Source of the DNA: a virus
Virus record (IMG/VR): IMGVR_UViG_3300040815_002027
Direction: 5' to 3' (one strand)
Length of the DNA: 64,000 nt
Below the pieces are notes generated by a model. It was not told the origin of the DNA. It did no database searches and was given only the letters and a program-made list of their open reading frames with translations. The position numbers and the translations under genes are program-made. Positions 28,601 through 36,765 of the stretch are shown here, piece after piece; within the stretch, counting starts at the first letter, position 1, and each line of letters begins with the position of its first letter.

Positions 28601-28759
28601 GAAGTTTATGATTTAGATACTACTCTTGTTACAAAAAGTGGGGAAGATGAACTACAAGGTGTAAAGTACACAAAACTAATACCTCTACTTGTTAAAAAAG
28701 TGCAGGAGCAGGACAAACAAATAAATAAACTAAAAGATTTACTAAATGGCAACACTTAA
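25610..28759 (+). CDS. Long tail fibre protein with S74 chaperone
   Basis: VSSSAQ repeats, LTGNPTAPT..STKIATTAFV, GSGLDADLLDG, GNVGIGT; TSALRFKENI...YGFIAEEV. Confidence 0.8.
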   Translation: MRTIGNLTISGSLNTSGSIRATTFIGVVSSSAQLSTEISGAFTSTSASLASDIQNNDTRLSTLEGKTLVSSSAQISYTGITDIPNGIVSSSAQLSITESQISDLTHYTNSDTLSYINSIGVVSGSAQITLSSATGNLTAVRISDFDTEVSNNTSVVANTAKVGYTDALVKAKLNTESVLSGSITSAKITDVDAFSQSGTYANLRAQGTTASDVGLGNVTNESKATMFTNAALTGNPTAPTQTGTDDSTKIATTAFVQGRIDTIIGTAGSALDTLGELSASLSNDQDALVSLTTTVGTKLAKSSNLSDLTNVVTARTNLGLGTAATTNSTAYATAAQGTNADTAYSWGDHSLEGYTTCIGDITGVTAGTGLTGGGTSGTVTVSHADTSTLTGAQGSAGIASITVDALGHVTAVTTATYCTTDTNTTYTANEMLTCIKTVDGAGSGLDADTLDGLDSSQFLRSDTSDTFNGTLSVSGNIESSNQISVNNRTAISVAHWSAPSTTTGAIKIQIPGLHIGNYSMLVLRITVYEYNSTAATIYYVSGHDWTSGWYNNGVIKIGNGNKDISLGYDSNYDYIIVGDTSSSWSYGHVTVDVMSHPSFYSSLMDITSGWNITQETSLSGITTQSVINKRVLTTSDEGSGNGLDADLLDGQQGSYYLDYNNFTNKPTIPTNNNQLTNGAGYCTTDTTYTANEMLTCIKTVDGAGSGLDADLLDGNQASAFYLATNPSGYTTCTGTLTGTGTSGYISKWNGSTSQTNSVIYDNGTNVGIGTTNPLSKLQVGTRGTNSALSLGLTDAILFDFYNDNSPFKRHGVIISQAADASESVLDFNTKAANGTNTTKMTILGNGNVGIGTTTPAANLDVNGSGRFNGSLIVNTGNILSLDQNYNVHGYLKFSVTDFGSENSFGMYGYYGLAFQTRQGIGIVLKGNSNNVGIGTTSPSTKLEVNGTATVTTIVETSALRFKENINTIEDTSIIDKLRPVSFDWKDSKETEYGFIAEEVYDLDTTLVTKSGEDELQGVKYTKLIPLLVKKVQEQDKQINKLKDLLNGNT
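26882..27735 (+). repeat. 68-bp exact direct repeat within the fibre gene (26882-26949 and 27668-27735)
   Basis: Both copies encode TYTANEMLTCIKTVDGAGSGLDA with identical DNA. Confidence 0.9.
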
Positions 28760-29603
28760 AAATACCGTTGTAAATGATACAGGATATTTAAAATTACCCG
28801 CAGGTACAGATGCACAAAGACCTGGTACACCACAAGCAGGTATGATGAGATGGAATACTACATCAAGTGGTGTAGAGGTATATAATGGAACATCTTGGAG
28901 TGGTGTAGGTAGTAGTGATGCAGATACTTTAGATGGCATCGACAGCACAGGGTTTGTTAAAAATAACTGCAGCCAAACTAATCATGTCCTAATGTTTGGT
29001 GCTGGATATAACACAAGTCACGGTGATTGCGCCTACGCCATATTTCAGGAAGGTGGAACTTGGTCATACCCCTACCCTGACCTGAGAATCGCATACCACA
29101 CTGGCATTAAAATAGGAGCGAATACAAGTTACCAAGGCACCAGGTTTTACAATGACTACAATATGGCAACTGAGTTGTTCAGCGTAGGTAACGGAGATAA
29201 CAACGTCAGAGTAGCTTATAACCTATATGCTCCTATCTTCTATGATTCAAACAACACTGGGTATTATGTAGACCCTGCAAGTACATCTAACTTTAATACA
29301 ATATGTGCTGCTAATTATTGTGGATTACCTGCAAGTGGCGGTGGTCAATGTCAATATTGCATTGTTGTAAACGGTTTTTCAAGCTGTACAGTAAGTCCAG
29401 GTAAAAGTTTATTTGTAAGCATTAATAACAGTAATTATGATACGGGGTTTGTTAATGCAGATAATTATATGGCTACATATGTTAGCAACAATGGTTGGTC
29501 TAATTACAATTACTTACGATTACGTTGTATTAGTAGTACATCTACATCAATTACTGTTTGTAGACAATGTGCTGGTGATACTTGGTTTTATGTAAAATAT
29601 TAA
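28746..29603 (+). CDS. Short fibre/tip protein with Cys-rich C-terminus
   Basis: LKLPAGTDAQRP..GMMRWNT, DADTLDG, FYDSNNTGYYVDPAS. Confidence 0.65.
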   Translation: MATLKNTVVNDTGYLKLPAGTDAQRPGTPQAGMMRWNTTSSGVEVYNGTSWSGVGSSDADTLDGIDSTGFVKNNCSQTNHVLMFGAGYNTSHGDCAYAIFQEGGTWSYPYPDLRIAYHTGIKIGANTSYQGTRFYNDYNMATELFSVGNGDNNVRVAYNLYAPIFYDSNNTGYYVDPASTSNFNTICAANYCGLPASGGGQCQYCIVVNGFSSCTVSPGKSLFVSINNSNYDTGFVNADNYMATYVSNNGWSNYNYLRLRCISSTSTSITVCRQCAGDTWFYVKY

Positions 29604-29606
29604 ACT

Positions 29607-30002
29607 ATGTATATAAAAATAGAAAATAATATAATAACTGAAATACATCAAACAGAAGTAGAAAACAGCTACTTTATTGAGGATGGTGTTATGTTAGAAG
29701 TAGGGTGGACAGTAGGGTTATGGGATGAAGGTAAACCTATAGGTTTTGGAAGTTCATCAATACCCTCTACTGCTGAACAAATACAGCAAGCTGAATATGA
29801 TAATACTATAGAAGAAGTAAATAATAAGAGAAATATACTACTTCAAGAAACTGATTGGATAGTAATCAGAGCAGTAGATACCAGTACACCTATGCCTGTA
29901 TATTGGCAAGTATACAGACAGGCTTTAAGAGATATTACTACTCATGCTAATTATCCTTTTTTACAAGATGAAGATTGGCCTATTAAACCACAAAATATAT
30001 AA
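29607..30002 (+). CDS. Tail fibre assembly chaperone
   Basis: RNILLQETDW...WQVYRQALRDIT...WPIKP. Confidence 0.8.
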   Translation: MYIKIENNIITEIHQTEVENSYFIEDGVMLEVGWTVGLWDEGKPIGFGSSSIPSTAEQIQQAEYDNTIEEVNNKRNILLQETDWIVIRAVDTSTPMPVYWQVYRQALRDITTHANYPFLQDEDWPIKPQNI

Positions 30003-30004
30003 AA

Positions 30005-30337
30005 ATGAATATTACATATAGTTGGAAAATAATTAGTTTATTTAAGCAAACAGTAGATAGTTTGCAAGATGTAGTCATTAGAGTAAAATATCATTACGTT
30101 GGAATTGATAGTGTTAGTGGAGAGCAAGGTAAGTTTGAAGGAGTAAGTCCTTTACCAACACCTACACAAGAAGGATTTATACCATTTGACCAATTAACAG
30201 AACAAAACGTTATAGAGTGGTTAATAGCAAATGTAGACCCAACACACATGCAGACAAGAATAATTAGAGAAATAGAAAGAAAATTAAACCCAGAACAAGA
30301 AGTAGATTCTTTGCCTTGGGATATTGGTAATTTATAA
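30005..30337 (+). CDS. Fibre-associated hypothetical protein
   Basis: ITYSWKI...FIPFDQLTEQNVIEW...LPW pattern typical of phage fibre loci. Confidence 0.55.
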   Translation: MNITYSWKIISLFKQTVDSLQDVVIRVKYHYVGIDSVSGEQGKFEGVSPLPTPTQEGFIPFDQLTEQNVIEWLIANVDPTHMQTRIIREIERKLNPEQEVDSLPWDIGNL

Positions 30338-30348
30338 ATTAATATAAT

Positions 30349-31263
30349 ATGAGTTTTGACAGTCAAGAAAAGTTTGTAATTTTCCACATTGCAGGTGGAG
30401 TAGGTAAACATATTGCAGCAACAGCTGTGTTAGAAGGTATTAATGATAAATACCCAGACAGAAAACTAATTGTAGTATGTGCTTGGACAGAAGTATTTGA
30501 ATTTCATCCATTAGTAGATAGAGTTTATCAGTTAGGTAATACCGATTACTTTTATCAAGATTATATTGAAGGTAAAGATGTTGTAATACTTATGCACGAC
30601 CCTTATCATGTTACAGGACATATAAAACAGGAACAGCACTTGATTAAAAGTTGGTATGAATGTTTAAATCTTGACTATAATAACCAACTACCTAAGTTGT
30701 ACAGTTCTTATAGAATAAGAGAAATTGTATTGCAGAAGTTTAGAAGAAACAAGCCTATTATGCTTATTCACAGTAATGGTGGTATGATACCTAATGATAA
30801 TGAAGTTAATCCTTACAACATTAAAAGTTGGGCAAGAGATATGCCTTTAAGTCTTGTACAGAAATTAGTAGATAAATATAAAGATACATATCATATTATG
30901 CAGGTTTGTAAGCATAAGAATAACTTAGTACAGGGTGCAGAGTATGTACAAACACACTCTTTATTAGAGTTGTTTACTTTGTTAAGATTGACTACTAAAA
31001 GAATTTTAATAGACAGCTCTTTGCAACATGCAGCAGCTGCTTATCAGTTACCTTCTGTTGTTTTATGGAATACAACATCACCTAATGTATATAGCTATGA
31101 TATACATAAGAATGTTTTATCTAATAAAGAAAAACTAACAGCAAAAAATAGAACAACCTATTTCGAAGAGTATGCAATAGATGGCAACCCTTTACAATGT
31201 CCTTATGAAGATGAGGATATATTTGATTTTGAAGAAGTTACAGAACTCGTAGATAAATTATAA
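30349..31263 (+). CDS. GT9-like glycosyltransferase, paralogue 2
   Basis: HIAGGVGKHIAATA, LIDSSLQHAAAAYQLPSVVLW; collinear with the 16890 gene. Confidence 0.75.
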   Translation: MSFDSQEKFVIFHIAGGVGKHIAATAVLEGINDKYPDRKLIVVCAWTEVFEFHPLVDRVYQLGNTDYFYQDYIEGKDVVILMHDPYHVTGHIKQEQHLIKSWYECLNLDYNNQLPKLYSSYRIREIVLQKFRRNKPIMLIHSNGGMIPNDNEVNPYNIKSWARDMPLSLVQKLVDKYKDTYHIMQVCKHKNNLVQGAEYVQTHSLLELFTLLRLTTKRILIDSSLQHAAAAYQLPSVVLWNTTSPNVYSYDIHKNVLSNKEKLTAKNRTTYFEEYAIDGNPLQCPYEDEDIFDFEEVTELVDKL

Positions 31264-31367
31264 AACTTGTCAAGATGACAAAATACAGAATTTCTAATTT
31301 ATAGAATGGGATATTAGGATTATTTATAAAAAGTTTGCGAGAAGCCTAAAAAACTAAAACAGTTATA

Positions 31368-31375
31368 TACTTATA
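31368..31375 (+). promoter_or_regulatory. Putative late promoter TACTTATA (a second TATTTATA lies at 31321)
   Basis: Intergenic. Confidence 0.55.
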
Positions 31376-31401
31376 TAGACATAACCAAACTATTAATTAT
31401 T

Positions 31402-31620
31402 ATGAAAACACTACTTAAACTATTAGTAGTTACAGTAGTTTTATCCTCTTGTTCAACTTATCGTTCTGCTTATCACTATGAACCTATGTACTATTACTCA
31501 CGATTACCTATGAGTACAAAACAGCAGTATAGTATAGCACAAGAGTATTTTAACCAATTAACTAACTCTAAAAAACCTACGGTTACTATCGTAGAAAAAG
31601 TTGGGGAGAAGCAACCCTAA
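31402..31620 (+). CDS. Small lipoprotein
   Basis: MKTLLKLLVVTVVLSS/C lipobox. Confidence 0.65.
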   Translation: MKTLLKLLVVTVVLSSCSTYRSAYHYEPMYYYSRLPMSTKQQYSIAQEYFNQLTNSKKPTVTIVEKVGEKQP

Positions 31621-31661
31621 AAATTAATACCCCCTTAACACTCTTTTCTAAAAAACATATC

Positions 31662-31669
31662 TATTTATA
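31662..31669 (+). promoter_or_regulatory. Putative late promoter TATTTATA
   Basis: Intergenic. Confidence 0.65.
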
Positions 31670-31713
31670 ATAAAGGAACTTAATTATTATAACAAAACAA
31701 AACAAATAAAACT

Positions 31714-32079
31714 ATGTCTACTATTGGTATCGAAAAATTAACACCTACTATCAGAACAGTTGCACAACTTATCACAGCATTAACTAAAATTGATGCTAAT
31801 AAGGATGGTAACATCGACACAGCAGAAATCTTTGCAATCGTACAAGTATTTGTAATGAAGGTTGTTGCTGTATACGGCTCACTACCTGCTGCACTTGCTG
31901 AACTAAAGGATGTTGATTCTACCGAAAGAAAAGAACTTGTTAAGGTATTTAACGAAGAGTTTGACTTGAGTAATGATGTGTTGGAAGGTCTTATCGAAGA
32001 ATGGTTGGTCATTGTTGACCAATTAGTAACTTTAGGATTAAAGACAGCTTCTCACTTTAAAACAGAACCTCAAGCGTAA
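31714..32079 (+). CDS. Small helical protein with an EF-hand loop
   Basis: DANKDGNIDTAE canonical 12-residue loop. Confidence 0.6.
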   Translation: MSTIGIEKLTPTIRTVAQLITALTKIDANKDGNIDTAEIFAIVQVFVMKVVAVYGSLPAALAELKDVDSTERKELVKVFNEEFDLSNDVLEGLIEEWLVIVDQLVTLGLKTASHFKTEPQA

Positions 32080-32109
32080 GAACTGAACCCCGACCAACCC
32101 CGCTTTTTG

Positions 32110-32137
32110 AAACCCTGTCTTCGGATGGGGTTTTTTT
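32110..32137 (+). terminator. Rho-independent terminator
   Basis: AAACCCTGTC-TTCG-GATGGGGTTT followed by a T tract (cUUCGg tetraloop). Confidence 0.85.
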
Positions 32138-32151
32138 GTTTACAAAGATTA

Positions 32152-32159
32152 TATTTATA
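32152..32159 (+). promoter_or_regulatory. Putative late promoter TATTTATA
   Basis: After the terminator and before the neck gene. Confidence 0.65.
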
Positions 32160-32169
32160 ATAAAAGATT

Positions 32170-33327
32170 ATGGCAGACATACCAATATGGCCAGGATCAG
32201 CATCTTTCTTCCCAGGAGACACTCCTTTTGGGTATTATGATGATGACTATTCTTTTCAGCAAGATGCTGACACAGTAGCGGTATGGTGCGCTAGAAGATT
32301 GGGATATCCTATTGTAGATGTAGAATTACAGCAGACTAATTTCTTTGCTGCTTTTGAGGAGGCTATATCTGAGTACGGTAATCAGGTAAATACTTATGTA
32401 AGTAGAGATAACTTACTGTATTTATTAGGTGCTAATACTGGATCTGAAAGTTTATCTCAGGAGTTTGTAGATCCTACAAATGCTTCTGTTTTTGATTTAT
32501 CTGAGCATTATGGTACTTCTGTAGGTGTTGGAGGTAATGTAACTTATTATACAGGAAGTATAGAGGTAAAGAAGGACGTACAAGTTTATGACTTTACAAA
32601 AAACAATACAGTACAACTAGAGTCTGGATCTTTTCAGACTGATAAATTTACTATAAGAAAAGTACATCATTATCCTATGCCAGCCTTGATAAGGTATCAA
32701 GATCCTTATGCTGGGACTGGTTTAGGTATGCAAGGTTTGTTAGAAGGTTTCGAGTGGGGAGGTTATACACCTGCTGTTAGTTTTGTATTGTATCCTTTAA
32801 ATCACGATCTTCTCAGAATACAGGGTATAGAGTTTAATGATTTAATTAGAAAGAGTGCTTATAGTTTTGAGTTGATAAATAATAGACTAAAACTATTCCC
32901 TATACCTACTAGAGACTACACACTACACTTCGAGTATACTCTAGATAATTTAGAGAGAAATCCTTTAAAGAGAGGTAAGGGTAGAGTCAGTGACTACTCC
33001 AATGTACCTTACGGTAATATGGTTTACTCTAGAATTAACTCTATGGGTAAGCAGTGGATTAAAAGATATACTTTGGCTATAGCTAAAGAGATGTTAGGGT
33101 ATGTAAGAAGCAAGTACTCTTCTATACCTATACCTGAGTCTGATATAACTTTAAATGGAGATGCTCTTTTGAGTGCTGCTGAATCTGAGAAGACTGCTTT
33201 AATAGAAGAGTTAAGAGAAATTCTCAATGAGTTCTCTAGGCAGAGTTTATTGGAGAGAAAGCAGGCTGAGTCTGATGCTTTACAAAATGAGATTAACAAA
33301 GTACCTTTAAGATTTTATATAGGATAA
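32170..33327 (+). CDS. Neck/head-tail adaptor (T4 gp13-like)
   Basis: RRLGYPIVDVEL; WIKRYTLAIAKEMLGYVRSKY..ITLNG. Confidence 0.8.
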   Translation: MADIPIWPGSASFFPGDTPFGYYDDDYSFQQDADTVAVWCARRLGYPIVDVELQQTNFFAAFEEAISEYGNQVNTYVSRDNLLYLLGANTGSESLSQEFVDPTNASVFDLSEHYGTSVGVGGNVTYYTGSIEVKKDVQVYDFTKNNTVQLESGSFQTDKFTIRKVHHYPMPALIRYQDPYAGTGLGMQGLLEGFEWGGYTPAVSFVLYPLNHDLLRIQGIEFNDLIRKSAYSFELINNRLKLFPIPTRDYTLHFEYTLDNLERNPLKRGKGRVSDYSNVPYGNMVYSRINSMGKQWIKRYTLAIAKEMLGYVRSKYSSIPIPESDITLNGDALLSAAESEKTALIEELREILNEFSRQSLLERKQAESDALQNEINKVPLRFYIG

Positions 33328-33328
33328 T

Positions 33329-33862
33329 ATGGCACTATTTGGCGGCTCTAGAGATGTTAGCTTAGTTAGAAGAATAAATAAGGAGTTAATAAATGATATT
33401 ATTAACACTCAAGTTGTCGTGTATAAGATTGCTACACAGTATACAAAAATAAATATTTACGGAGAATCTTCTAAAAAAGTATTCTTTAATCCTTTAAAGT
33501 TTAACTGTCTAATAACTAGGGATGCTAAAGATTTTGCGGGAGATGACTATACAACATTTGCTAAAACTATTAGATTTGCTTTCTTAAGAGATGAGCTAAA
33601 AGAAAAAAACTTTGTACTAAAAGAAGGAGATATTGTAAAGTGGGATGCTGAGTACTATGAGTTAAACTTAATAACAATTAATCAATTGTGGACAGGAAGA
33701 AATCCAGAAACTTTACCTATAACAGTAGATGATGGATCAGATGAATTTGGGTATAATGTATCTATAGTAGCCACAGGATTTAAAACAACACCTGATAGAC
33801 TAAATATAGAAAACGTTTCTACACCAAGAACAAGTATTTATGACTTACCAAATTCTATGTAA
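33329..33862 (+). CDS. Neck/head-closure protein (gp14-like)
   Basis: Position; NIYGES, EGDIV motifs. Confidence 0.6.
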   Translation: MALFGGSRDVSLVRRINKELINDIINTQVVVYKIATQYTKINIYGESSKKVFFNPLKFNCLITRDAKDFAGDDYTTFAKTIRFAFLRDELKEKNFVLKEGDIVKWDAEYYELNLITINQLWTGRNPETLPITVDDGSDEFGYNVSIVATGFKTTPDRLNIENVSTPRTSIYDLPNSM

Positions 33863-34686
33863 TGCCAGAAAATCCTAACATACCATTTTCTTCTAATAAT
33901 GCAACTATCAATAGAGCTTATGAAACTAGAAGGGATAATGATACCTTCAAAACACCTTCTATTACAATATATGATATAGACTACGCAATAATGTACTTTC
34001 TTAGAAATGAGATAGACTTACAAGTAGATCAGAATGAGGTTATGATAGATGTTCCGATAGTATATGCTTCTGGAGAGATATGGTCACAAATTCAGGGCAG
34101 AGGATATATGAGAGATAGGCAAGGTAAAGCATTAGCTCCTTATGGAGTTATAAGAAGACTTTCTATGTCTGAGGATGAGAGGTTTAAGAAGTTAGACGTA
34201 AATATGGCTCCTTATGAGTCTAATATTATTATAAGACCTATAAATGAAAGAAATTTTGAGAATATAAGAGATAGACATAATGAGCTACAGAATAGTAATT
34301 TTTCTAATGAGTTTTATATTTCTGTAGTTCCTGAATTTTATGTAGTAGAGTATGAGTTAATTTTGTACACACATTTAGTAGAGCAGATGAACAATTTAGT
34401 TCAAACTATAATACCTACTAGTAATTTTGTGTGGGGAGATTCTTGGAAGTTTAGGACTAGAGTAGGGGATATTTCTTTTGATACTATAAACCCTACTGAC
34501 TCTGAAAGACTTGTTCAAGCTACTATACCTTTATCTGTGGATGGAAGATTACAGCAAGAGTTTGAGTTAAGAAAATCTACTATACAAAAAGCACACTCTA
34601 TAAAGAGATTGGTATTTAGAACAGACCAGTCATCTTTTGATATAAATGCGGTCACTAATTTTCCTGGCGAGAAGCCTAACACTTAA
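33862..34686 (+). CDS. Tail terminator/sheath stabiliser (gp15-like)
   Basis: Position before sheath; VPIVYA, PEFYVVEYEL..EQMNNLV. Confidence 0.6.
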   Translation: MPENPNIPFSSNNATINRAYETRRDNDTFKTPSITIYDIDYAIMYFLRNEIDLQVDQNEVMIDVPIVYASGEIWSQIQGRGYMRDRQGKALAPYGVIRRLSMSEDERFKKLDVNMAPYESNIIIRPINERNFENIRDRHNELQNSNFSNEFYISVVPEFYVVEYELILYTHLVEQMNNLVQTIIPTSNFVWGDSWKFRTRVGDISFDTINPTDSERLVQATIPLSVDGRLQQEFELRKSTIQKAHSIKRLVFRTDQSSFDINAVTNFPGEKPNT

Positions 34687-34705
34687 TTTTGGAAAATTTA
34701 TACTA

Positions 34706-34713
34706 TATTTATA
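34706..34713 (+). promoter_or_regulatory. Putative late promoter TATTTATA
   Basis: Intergenic before sheath. Confidence 0.65.
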
Positions 34714-34752
34714 GATAGATGTTTGAATTATAAACTATAAACAAAAAATAAA

Positions 34753-36720
34753 ATGGCTGATAGATTTGTATCTCCAGGTGTTTTTACAAGAGAAAAAGAC
34801 TTAAGTTTTCTCCCACAGGAGATTGCCGCTATAGGTGGTGCTGTAATAGGACCAACTCTCTATGGACCTGCATTTAGACCTACCACAGTATCTAATTATG
34901 CTGAATTTATTAGAGCTTTTGGTAACTCTTTTATATCAGGATCTGGAGCAGTAGCAAAAGAGTATAAATTTCTTACTAACTATACTGCACAAGAGTATTT
35001 AAGGTATGGTGAGAATTTAACTGTACTTAGAATTGTAAATAGTGATGCTACTATTGGATATTCTAATATTGTAAAATCTGGATCTTACCAAACGCATCTT
35101 AATGAGTATCTTTCTGGTGGAGATGAGTGGGCATTAATTTCTGCTTCTTTGGCAAGTCCTACCTCTACAGTAGAAGGTATTAATTCTAGTGCGTCCTTAG
35201 CTTTTAGAAACACACTTACAGGATCTGTATTCTCTGGATCATCTGACCCTTCCTTTAGAGTTCATTTGATGTTTGAAGGTGAGTATGGAAATAGTGGTGC
35301 TGGGTTAGCTGCTACTAACGGTATAGCCTCTCCAGCAGACGAAGATAGTTTAGGATTATTAAATACTTCTGGAAGTAGACATAACTTTAGATGGGAAATT
35401 AATAATGTAAATCATAGAAGAGGTACATTTAATTTAATACTTAGAAGAGGTGATGATAGAACAGGAAGGAAAGTAATTATTGAACAGTATAATAACTTGT
35501 CGTTAGACCCTAATGATCCTGGGTATGTACCAAGAGTAATTGGGGATCAATTCTATACTCTAAGAGGAAGTGGGACAGGAAGACCTTATTTACAATTATC
35601 AGGCTCTTATCCTAACCGATCTAGATTTATTAGAGTAGAGATGTTAGGAAATGATACTTTGAATTATATTGATGAGGCAGGTAGAGTTAGAGATGGAGCA
35701 TTGTCTGGTTCATTACCAGCTGCTGTGTCTGGTACATTTGCTTTTGGTAGTGACGGGTATGTACACCACCCAAGAGCCTTTTATGGGGATATTGTAAAAG
35801 AGAATACTCAAGGATTTAACTTACACGAAAGTGCTGCTGGTATCTCTGGATCTACAGCCTATTATGATGCTATTGACATTTTATCTCATGCAGATGAATA
35901 TGATATCAACATGTTGTTTATGCCAGGTATTGTAGACAATGCAGCAGGACAGCATAGTGATATTGTAACGTATGCTATTGCAACTTGTGAGGAAAGAGGG
36001 GATGTATTTATAGTAGTTGACCCTACTCGATATGGGGATTCTGTAGGTTCTGCAAGATCTACTGCTGAAGGAAGAACTTCTAACTACGCAGCTATGTACT
36101 ATCCTTGGATACAAGTATCCGACCCAGACTTAAACAGAAACGTTTGGATTCCGCCTTCTTGTGTAGTTGCTGGAGTGTTAACTTTTAACGACTATGTTAA
36201 ATTTCCTTGGTTTGCGCCAGCAGGTTTGAATAGAGGTGGAATTGAGATAGCTGTTCAAGCTGAGAAGAAATTAACTACCGCAGACAGAGATGACCTATAT
36301 GCAAGTAATATTAACCCAATCGCAACCTATCCAAGAGATGGTGTTGTTGTATGGGGACAAAAAACACTACAGAAGAAGCGTTCTGCTTTAGATAGAATTA
36401 ACGTAAGAAGATTACTTATTGCAGCTAAGAAATTTGTTGCATCTTCTTCTAGATACTTAGTATTTGAACAGAATACGGTAGCGACTAGAGACAGATTCAT
36501 AGACATAGTAACACCGTACTTTAACGATGTTAGACAAAAAGAAGGTTTGTACGACTTTAGGGTAGTAATGGATGAAAGTAATAATACACCAGAAGTAATT
36601 GATAGAAATGAATTAAGAGGTGCTATTTACTTGAAGCCTACTAGAACTGCTGAATTTGTAATTATTGATTTCTTTGTATTACCTACGGGAGCAGTTTTCC
36701 CTACTGATACAAATGAGTAA
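34753..36720 (+). CDS. Contractile tail sheath (gp18-like)
   Basis: VSPGVFTREKDLS, PWFAPAGLNRG, WGQKTL, DRINVRRL, NNTPEVIDRN. Confidence 0.97.
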   Translation: MADRFVSPGVFTREKDLSFLPQEIAAIGGAVIGPTLYGPAFRPTTVSNYAEFIRAFGNSFISGSGAVAKEYKFLTNYTAQEYLRYGENLTVLRIVNSDATIGYSNIVKSGSYQTHLNEYLSGGDEWALISASLASPTSTVEGINSSASLAFRNTLTGSVFSGSSDPSFRVHLMFEGEYGNSGAGLAATNGIASPADEDSLGLLNTSGSRHNFRWEINNVNHRRGTFNLILRRGDDRTGRKVIIEQYNNLSLDPNDPGYVPRVIGDQFYTLRGSGTGRPYLQLSGSYPNRSRFIRVEMLGNDTLNYIDEAGRVRDGALSGSLPAAVSGTFAFGSDGYVHHPRAFYGDIVKENTQGFNLHESAAGISGSTAYYDAIDILSHADEYDINMLFMPGIVDNAAGQHSDIVTYAIATCEERGDVFIVVDPTRYGDSVGSARSTAEGRTSNYAAMYYPWIQVSDPDLNRNVWIPPSCVVAGVLTFNDYVKFPWFAPAGLNRGGIEIAVQAEKKLTTADRDDLYASNINPIATYPRDGVVVWGQKTLQKKRSALDRINVRRLLIAAKKFVASSSRYLVFEQNTVATRDRFIDIVTPYFNDVRQKEGLYDFRVVMDESNNTPEVIDRNELRGAIYLKPTRTAEFVIIDFFVLPTGAVFPTDTNE

Positions 36721-36737
36721 AAAAATAAATTAAACTA

Positions 36738-36745
36738 TATTTATA
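36738..36745 (+). promoter_or_regulatory. Putative late promoter TATTTATA
   Basis: Intergenic before tube. Confidence 0.65.
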
Positions 36746-36765
36746 GTAAATAAAATTAATTAAAA

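Larger units (their letters stand above)
25354..31293 (+). repeat. 19-bp direct repeat ATGACAAAATACAGAATTT at 25354-25372 and 31275-31293
   Basis: Identical 19-mers; the second copy encodes only MTKYRISNL*. Confidence 0.8.
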
